This document shows, piece after piece, positions 31,401 through 38,153 of a stretch of DNA of 64,000 nucleotides. The stretch lies in assembly GCA_050250375.1 (NCBI GenBank), contig JBFWOS010000002.1:453149-517148 (forward strand). The letters run 5' to 3'. Position 1 is the stretch's first letter. Every line of letters begins with the position of its first letter. Below the pieces are notes generated by a model. The model searched no databases, was not told where the DNA came from, and saw nothing but the letters and a program-made list of their open reading frames with translations. This DNA is from Candidatus Omnitrophota bacterium (GTDB lineage Bacteria; Omnitrophota; Gorgyraeia; Zapsychrales; Zapsychraceae). A program made the position numbers and the translations under genes.

Positions 31401-33950
31401 CCCGAGCCAGTCATTGGTCTCAAATGATTTTCGCAATTGTTGTCCGCGCAGCCGCTGGATGCGGTATTCCAGTTCGATCTCAAGGGCATTGGCGCTGTTG
31501 ATCGCACCTTCCAGCGCGTTTAACGCCGGCACCGGATGGCGGATGCCGTCGCGGGAGTTTCCGGTCAGGAGCATTCCGGCAACGAGGATTTGGACCTTGA
31601 TCAACAAGCGTTTGTTGCGGATCGAATCGAGATTCAGACGGCTTAGTTCCGCCTTATTTTTACGGATGTCCGCCAGTTCAATCATGCGCGACAATTTGCG
31701 GCGGTTGTCTTTTAATTCTTTGAGGGCCTGGCTGTAAAATTCGTAAGACTCACCGGAATGGATCTTCACCGGCATGTCGGAATAAAGATTTCTTAACTGG
31801 TTGACCAGCATCTGCTCGCGCAGTTCAACCGCCTGATATTGTTCCGGGGTAGACGCTTCACGGCGTTGGGCGATGATCTGTTCCAGTTCCCCGTACAGGA
31901 TGCCTAACTGCTGGCGGATCTCGATCGAGGCGCGGCGTTCGGTCTCGCGTTCATTCTCTTCGCGTTCCGGGACTTTCCCCCACGCGGGGACCCTGATCTC
32001 CAGCCGGTCTTCCGTTGACATCATGGCCTGGTCCGAGTGGTCGATATTCAGGCTGATCGCGGCCAGCAGGTTTGACAGGCGCATGTGGACCAGTTCCGCC
32101 AGTCCCACCCGCTTGAGCAAATCATTCCCGACGGCATCCGGCAGTTCCAGATAAAACCCGGTGAATTGCCGTTTGATGACGGTCAACTGCGGCGCCTGTT
32201 CAGCCGGCTGCGCGGTTGAATCCGCGCGGAAAAGCGGGACCGTTTTTAATTCCCCGGCAAGATGCTGCTGGATTTCCCGGATTGAATCGACATCCGCGTC
32301 CGCGGCCGGTTCGTCCGGATCGTGTTCCCAGAGCGTGATGACATCCGCGCTGACGGTTTGTCCCCGAGCGTTTAAAAATTCTCCGGATTTGAAGATGTCC
32401 GGTTTATAGGTTTCATCCGCGATGGTGATGCGGTCGATCATTTTTAAAATCCCGTTTAGAAGTGATTTCTTTTTGGCGGAGGATAATAAAGCAGAATCAC
32501 CGCCGGTGGGAAATAATTTTTGTCCGCCGTAAACGACCTCAATGTGGACTTCATTGGCCATGGAATACATGTTGAACTGGCCGAACTGGTCTTTGGTTTT
32601 ATTCCGCAGTTTCCCGGCGACCAGCGTCAGGATGATGTTAAACGCGGTGTCGTGCGGGAATTGGGCCAGCAGTTCACTCCGGAAAAAGACTTTGATATTC
32701 TTGGCCGGGTCCTCTGAGGCGATCTTTCTGGCCGCCTCAATGTGAAATTCCAGATCATCTTCGTTGACGAAAATGGCCTGGTCCGCGCTCTGCAGTCCGG
32801 CATAAGTTGAGACCGTTTTAAATTCTCTGGTCGCGGCGGCTTTCTGTAGGGCGTCGGTCAAGCCGGTCTCGAGTTTTTTCTCCGACAGCTGGGCCATGTC
32901 CACCCCGCCCGAAAAGTACCGGCGAGGAATCGTCTCGTGGCTGACCGCGTCAATATCTTCTTTAATGTAATCAAACACGCCGCGTTTGAAGGCCGCGATG
33001 TACTGGTTATAAATTTTTTCCTTGATATCTTTTTCCGCGAGGTCAACCCCGCTGATCTTGTTCTGGTCGACATAAATCCGGCCGAGCACGCTCTCTTTCA
33101 GGTTCTTCTTGTACCACGCGGCGAGGATCAGGGAATGGAACATCTGGCGCAGCGGGGCGAAATTTTTTCCTTCATTGATTTCCCGTTCGATTTCCGGGAT
33201 CAGGACCTCCCGGACAATATCACTGTTAACGCCGGTGCGGATCGTTTCATCCGTTGCGGCCGGCGCGTCCATGGCGGAATGGTGTTCCAAAGCGAGGTAA
33301 TCTTCTTCCAGCATGACTTTAAGGTGGCTGTCGGAAACAAAGACATGGTTGTCGTTGACAAAGACTTTGGCCCGTTCCGGCACAATCCAAATTTTATTAA
33401 AGGTGTTGAGCGGGATATCGGTGGTCCCGAATTGGCTCTGTGCTTTGCGGTAGACACGGTCCCAGAATTTTTTTCCCAGTTCGTCTTCCGGATAAAGCAT
33501 TGAGGCGCTGAGCTGTTTTAACAGGTAATCCTGCGCGAGCATGTCCCGGCCCATCGCGGTCTGGCTGAGCGGCTGGGCGATGATGCGGTCTTTTTCATAA
33601 GGCGAAAGGTTGACCCACATCTGGTCTTCCGGCACGGTCAGCGCGGCAAAGAAATAATTGATCAGTTTTTGGGATTCAGTCCTGAAGGCCTCTCCGGCCA
33701 GGCGGTCATCCCCGGTATCAATGAGGAAATCCACGTTTAAAGGATCGGCTGTGTCAATGCGCATCCCCGTGATAATCGCGGGGGTAAAGACGGCGCTGGT
33801 CTGGACCATCAGCCCGGGCTGGGGCAAAAGCACCATCTGGGCATAGGCCAGCTGCGGGGCGATCATGTTCAGGCAGAAACACACGATCACGGACCAGATC
33901 ACGCACCGGCGGCTTAAACGTTCAAGAGTTTGTTTGAATGGTTTACTCAT
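19485..33950 (-). CDS. Giant secreted multidomain protein (4821 aa): signal peptide, shared N-terminal module, DUF89-like domain, two ~900-aa tandem units each carrying a Glu/Leu/Phe/Val-dehydrogenase-like domain, and a shared C-terminal module
   Basis: A single uninterrupted ORF with an ATG start, a signal peptide ending ...LAYAQ and no internal stops over 14.4 kb. The domain calls rest on motifs: PYAGAKTV versus GGAKGG, NAD-binding [36 protein letters not shown], and the DUF89-like SKGEGNRG. Confidence 0.85.
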   Translation of the reverse strand: [4821 protein letters not shown]

Positions 33951-34001
33951 AGTTCTAAATACGGGACAAAAAAACGGCCCGTTAAAATGACAAAATCATA
34001 G

Positions 34002-34050
34002 AACTAAAGTTATGTTTGGAATTTTCTTTCGATTGGGGAATTTGGAATCA
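34002..34050 (-). promoter_or_regulatory. Bipartite upstream motif shared with the 2429-aa gene. On the gene strand it reads TGATTCCAAATTCCCCAATC-N17-ATAACTTTAGTT.
   Basis: Both boxes recur, 20/20 nt and 12/12 nt identical with 16-17-nt spacing, at 50416-50463 upstream of the second giant gene. Confidence 0.5.
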
Positions 34051-34134
34051 GATCATTTTCAGATCTGAGTATGAAATAAGTATATTATATATATATACCC
34101 TTGTCAATTTTTAATACAGGGGAATTTTTTTCGG

Positions 34135-34878
34135 TTACGGCAGGAATTGGGCCCATTGTTTTTCGACTGTTTTGGCGTCCGTTTTTAAACCAAGGGCCAT
34201 TTCCCGGGAAATCTTGTCCGGGAAAATATCCTCTTCGCCTTTTTCCAGGGACTCAAGGATATTGTTGACCAGTTGGGCGGGTGATGTTTTTTCCAGCTGA
34301 AGGTCTTTCGTCATCTCGGTGTCGGTTGCCCCGGGATAAACACCGGTGACGATTGTTCCGGCGGCAGCCAGTTCACCGCGGAGGCTTTGGGTCAGCGAAT
34401 GCACCGCCGCTTTGGTGGCCGAGTACGTCCCTAAGGCCGGGATCCCGACCAGTCCGGCGACCGAGGAAATATTGATGATCTGTCCCCCGCCGTTCCTTTT
34501 TAAAACCGGCTGAAAGGCGCGCACCATATTTAATAATCCGAAATAATTGACCTCCATTTCTCCCCGGGCGGAACGCATGTCCGGCGCGCCGACGAGCGCG
34601 GCGTAATCGGCCCGTCCCGCGTTATTGATCAGCACGTTGACATCCAGGGCGGCAGCCGCGGCAGCCAGGACTTCACTTTCGTTGGTGACGTCCAGGCGAA
34701 CGGGTTTGATCCGTTCCGGTGCAAGCGCGGTCAATTCTTTAAGGGATTCGATGTTCCGGGCCCCCGCGTAGATTTTTTTGACGCCCCGTTTGATCAATTC
34801 TTCCGCAAAGGCCTTGCCGATCCCGCGGTTGGCCCCGGTGATCAGGACGATTGAACCTTGGATATTAAATTTTTTCAT
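34135..34878 (-). CDS. Short-chain dehydrogenase/reductase (SDR) family oxidoreductase
   Basis: It begins at the internal ATG (MKKFNIQGSIVLITGANRGIGKAF, the TGxxxGxG Rossmann motif) and has the YxxxK site (YSATKAAVH). The upstream 145 codons of the 34135..35313 track ORF are an R/P/G-rich antisense shadow of the ada-like gene. Confidence 0.85.
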   Translation of the reverse strand: MKKFNIQGSIVLITGANRGIGKAFAEELIKRGVKKIYAGARNIESLKELTALAPERIKPVRLDVTNESEVLAAAAAALDVNVLINNAGRADYAALVGAPDMRSARGEMEVNYFGLLNMVRAFQPVLKRNGGGQIINISSVAGLVGIPALGTYSATKAAVHSLTQSLRGELAAAGTIVTGVYPGATDTEMTKDLQLEKTSPAQLVNNILESLEKGEEDIFPDKISREMALGLKTDAKTVEKQWAQFLP

Positions 34879-35717
34879 GAGGCATTCCTTTCTGAAAAGG
34901 CTGATTCCCAGCCGTTGATGACGGATTTTCGGTCGGCGCCCCAGCGGTAACCGCCGGTCTCGCCTGTCTCTTTGATCACGCGGTGGCAGGGGATGATGTA
35001 AGCGACCGGGTTTTTTCCGATGGCTGACCCGGCTGCCCGGGCCGCCCGGGGGTTGCCGGCCATGGCCGCGATGTGCGAATAACTCACGAGTTGTCCGCGG
35101 GGGATCTTGAGCAGGGCCTCCCAGACCTTGATCTGAAAATCGGTCCCCCTGATCTGAAGCCGGATCGGTTGTCCGGGAATAACCTGTTGATTGAAAAATG
35201 CCTGAACCGTTTTGGCCTGATTCCCCGGCTCTTCTGCCAGCCGCGCGAGTGTCCAGCGGGCTTTTAATTCTTTCAGCGCGCCGGTCCGGTTCGTCACAAA
35301 ACTCAAATGGCAAATGCCTTTGCAGGTTTCAGCCAGCAAAAATTCGCCGAACGGGCTGGGATAAAAACCGTACTGAATGCGGGTGTCCTTCCCTTTGTTT
35401 TTGAACTGCCCCGGGCTCATGGCCTCGATCTTTACAAACAGGTCGTGCAGCCGGCCCGGACCGCTCAGGCCCACATCGTAGGCGGTGTCGAGGGTGGATT
35501 GGCCTTCTTTCAAAAGTCTTTTGGCGTGTTCAATGGTGAGATACTGGACAAACGCCTTGGGGCTTACCCCGGCCCAGTCTTCAAACATGCGCTGGAAATG
35601 AAATTTGCTCAGGCGGACCTGCCGGGCAACCTCCTCCAGGGAAGGCTGCTGCCGGTAATTTTCTTTAAGATATCGGATCGCCGTCTCAATGCGGGCGTAA
35701 GGAGTAACTTCGTTCAT
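34875..35717 (-). CDS. AraC-family HTH fused to methylated-DNA--protein-cysteine methyltransferase (Ada-like regulator/repair protein)
   Basis: The N-terminus has an AraC-type HTH (...SLEEVARQVRLSKFHFQRMFEDWAGVSPKAFVQYLTIEHAKRLL...). The C-terminus has the MGMT active site IPCHRVI. Its stop overlaps the SDR start (ATGA). Confidence 0.8.
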   Translation of the reverse strand: MNEVTPYARIETAIRYLKENYRQQPSLEEVARQVRLSKFHFQRMFEDWAGVSPKAFVQYLTIEHAKRLLKEGQSTLDTAYDVGLSGPGRLHDLFVKIEAMSPGQFKNKGKDTRIQYGFYPSPFGEFLLAETCKGICHLSFVTNRTGALKELKARWTLARLAEEPGNQAKTVQAFFNQQVIPGQPIRLQIRGTDFQIKVWEALLKIPRGQLVSYSHIAAMAGNPRAARAAGSAIGKNPVAYIIPCHRVIKETGETGGYRWGADRKSVINGWESAFSERNAS

Positions 35718-35837
35718 GGAGATCACTATAACTCAAAACCGCGAATCCTCCAATCCGATTCTTGCGGTGCGGAAAAATTTCTAATGGTCAAATCATTCCT
35801 GATCTTATCGGATGGGGATGTTCTGCTTTGGTCAAGA

Positions 35838-38144
35838 TTATGCGGACTGCGGTAACTTCACCGTAAAAGTCGTTCCGTCCCCCACCGTGGATTTCACTTC
35901 AATAGTACCGCCATGATTCTTGATGATTTCATAACAGATGCTCAACCCCAGCCCCGTTCCCTGTCCGATGGGCTTGGTCGTAAAAAACGGATCGAAAATT
36001 TTCTTTACGGTCTCGGGAGCGATGCCGGTCCCCGTGTCCGTGATGTCCACGCAAACATGCCGGTCCTCCGCGTACGTTTTGATGTGAATCTTTCCCTTCC
36101 CAACGATCGCGTGGCAGGCATTCACCAGGATATTGAGAAACACCTGGCCCAGCCGCTGCGGGTAACAGCGAATGGCCGGCGTGTCGCCGTAGTCTTTGCT
36201 CAGCTCGGCTTTGTATTTTATTTCGTTGTGCACGATTTTTAAAATGTCTTCGATGACCTCTTCGATTTGGGCGGTTTCCATGGAGGCGTCATGGTCGTCC
36301 CGGGAAAACACCCTTAAATCCAGCACGATTTTTTTGATCCGTTCCAGGCCCTGGGACGATTGCTTCAATAATTCGGTGATGTCGCCCCTGATGAAGTCCA
36401 GGCCGGTTTCCCGTTCGAATTTGTTGAGCGCGTCCACCGTCAACCGGGCCTTGCCGATGTCCCCGGCCTCAATGTGTTTTTTGATGTCATCAACGACCTG
36501 AAGGATTTTTGTGTAGACCTGAACATATTCTTTGAGCGCGTCCATGTTGGAACTGATGAACCCGACGGGGTTATTGATCTCATGGGCCACCCCTCCGGCC
36601 AGTATGCCGACCGTAGCCATCTTGGAAGACTGGATCAGCTGGGCCTGGGTGGTCTTGAGCTGGTTAAAGGCCGTTTCGAGCGCTTCCTGCGAGTGTTTGC
36701 GTTCGGTGATGTCACGGTCGACGCCGCGGTAACCGGCCAGGCCGCCAGTGGCATCGAGGACCGGGACCGCAAATGTTTCGATGATGACATTCCGGCCGTC
36801 TTTGTGCGCCTTGCGGTTGAGGAAACCCTGAAGAGTTTCTTTGCGTCCGAAGGCGTCGAACGCGGCCTTGCGCAGCGCTTCTTTTTCCCCGGACAAAAAG
36901 AAATCATAAAAAAAACGGCCCAGCACTTCATCAGGGGCATACCCCAGGATTTTTTCGACCAGCGGGCTTGAATATGTATACCGGCCCTGCGCGTCCACTT
37001 CCCAGATCCAGTCCCCGGTGTTGGCCGCGATGTCTTTAAAGCGTTTCTGTTCATTTTCGAGCACGGCGATGGAAACCGTGGACTTTTTTAATTGGTGCAC
37101 CATCGTGTTGAAGGCCAGGCCCAGGTCGCCGATTTCATCTTTGGAAACAACCTTCACCTCCGTTTCCAGGTTGCCCCGGGCGACCGTTTCGCTCGCGCGC
37201 GCCAGGGATTTGATCGGCCGCAGGATATTGGTCGTCAGGATCAGGGCCAGGATACCGATGATCAAAATCGAGGCCAGGACGATCAGGGTCAATTGTTTTT
37301 TCATCTGGTGAATAATGCTGTAGACCTCGTCTTTGTCCTGGATGATCCCCAGCCGCCAGCCCTCGACGCGGTACTCCTGGCTGCCGTCCAGGGTGGTATA
37401 AAAACAGATTTTGTCCGTCTTGTCTTCGTCCGTGAACTCAATGATCCCGGACGGACGGGCGAGCAGTTTGTCTTGTAGGCCGTCGGGTTTGATCTTGGAC
37501 AGGATTTTTTCCTTGTCCGGGATGGAGACGATTTTCCCGTTGGCGTCCGTGATGAAGACAAAGCCGGTGTTGCCGATCCTGATTTTGTCCGTGACCTCCC
37601 AGATCCGCTCCAGCCCGATTCTACCCGCGAGCACGGCGATGACCTCGCCGTCCTTGCCGAAGACCGGGGCCGTGACCACCATCACGAATTTGGTGGGGTG
37701 CGTGATGACGTGCACCGGCGAAAACATTATTTTTCCCTTCAGCGCGGCCTTAAACCAGGCTTTGTGCCGCCAGTCTCCCCGGAAATCATATTTCAGGGTG
37801 GCCAGGATGACGCCGCTCGGGTCGATGAGTGAGATGTCGTCAAAGGCCCGGAACAGGTCGGCCAGCTTCTGCATCTCCCGGGTCTTGTCCTCCAGCGAGA
37901 CGTCGGTTGAACTGATCAGGTGGCTGCCGGCCAGCAGGCGGATATGCTCGACGGCATCGGAGATCTCCGTGTCGACGATGATCCCCAGCGTTTCGATGAG
38001 GTTCGACGCCCCCTGCGTAATGACGTCAAGGGTATTGTCTTTTTCCTGCCGGTAAAACAGATAAGAAACGGTCAGCAGCGGCACAAAGGCCACGACCAGA
38101 AAGAAGATGATGATCTTGGTGTACAGGCTTTTTTTTAGAAGCAT
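35838..38144 (-). CDS. Sensor histidine kinase (N-terminal TM, periplasmic Cache-like domain, HAMP, PAS, HisKA, HATPase_c)
   Basis: The 768-aa product has a PAS domain (DWIWEVDAQGRYTYSSPLVEKILGYAPDEVLGRFF), an H-box HEINNPVGF and a G2 box GTGLGLSICYEI. Confidence 0.85.
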   Translation of the reverse strand: MLLKKSLYTKIIIFFLVVAFVPLLTVSYLFYRQEKDNTLDVITQGASNLIETLGIIVDTEISDAVEHIRLLAGSHLISSTDVSLEDKTREMQKLADLFRAFDDISLIDPSGVILATLKYDFRGDWRHKAWFKAALKGKIMFSPVHVITHPTKFVMVVTAPVFGKDGEVIAVLAGRIGLERIWEVTDKIRIGNTGFVFITDANGKIVSIPDKEKILSKIKPDGLQDKLLARPSGIIEFTDEDKTDKICFYTTLDGSQEYRVEGWRLGIIQDKDEVYSIIHQMKKQLTLIVLASILIIGILALILTTNILRPIKSLARASETVARGNLETEVKVVSKDEIGDLGLAFNTMVHQLKKSTVSIAVLENEQKRFKDIAANTGDWIWEVDAQGRYTYSSPLVEKILGYAPDEVLGRFFYDFFLSGEKEALRKAAFDAFGRKETLQGFLNRKAHKDGRNVIIETFAVPVLDATGGLAGYRGVDRDITERKHSQEALETAFNQLKTTQAQLIQSSKMATVGILAGGVAHEINNPVGFISSNMDALKEYVQVYTKILQVVDDIKKHIEAGDIGKARLTVDALNKFERETGLDFIRGDITELLKQSSQGLERIKKIVLDLRVFSRDDHDASMETAQIEEVIEDILKIVHNEIKYKAELSKDYGDTPAIRCYPQRLGQVFLNILVNACHAIVGKGKIHIKTYAEDRHVCVDITDTGTGIAPETVKKIFDPFFTTKPIGQGTGLGLSICYEIIKNHGGTIEVKSTVGDGTTFTVKLPQSA

Positions 38145-38153
38145 CTTTAACCG

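Noticed and set aside
32937-33503. Plus-strand ORFs inside the three giant genes that resemble one another (32937-33503, 49356-49670, 59893-60549, and many others such as 20589-21140 and 45942-46661)
   Set aside because: They are antisense shadows of the minus-strand giant ORFs. Their mutual similarity only reflects the paralogy of the sense-strand N-modules. Each is interrupted, whereas the opposite strand is open for kilobases.
34879-35313. N-terminal 145 codons of the 34135-35313 track ORF (R/P/G-rich)
   Set aside because: It is the opposite-strand, low-complexity reading of the ada-like gene. The SDR begins at the internal ATG with a proper Rossmann motif.
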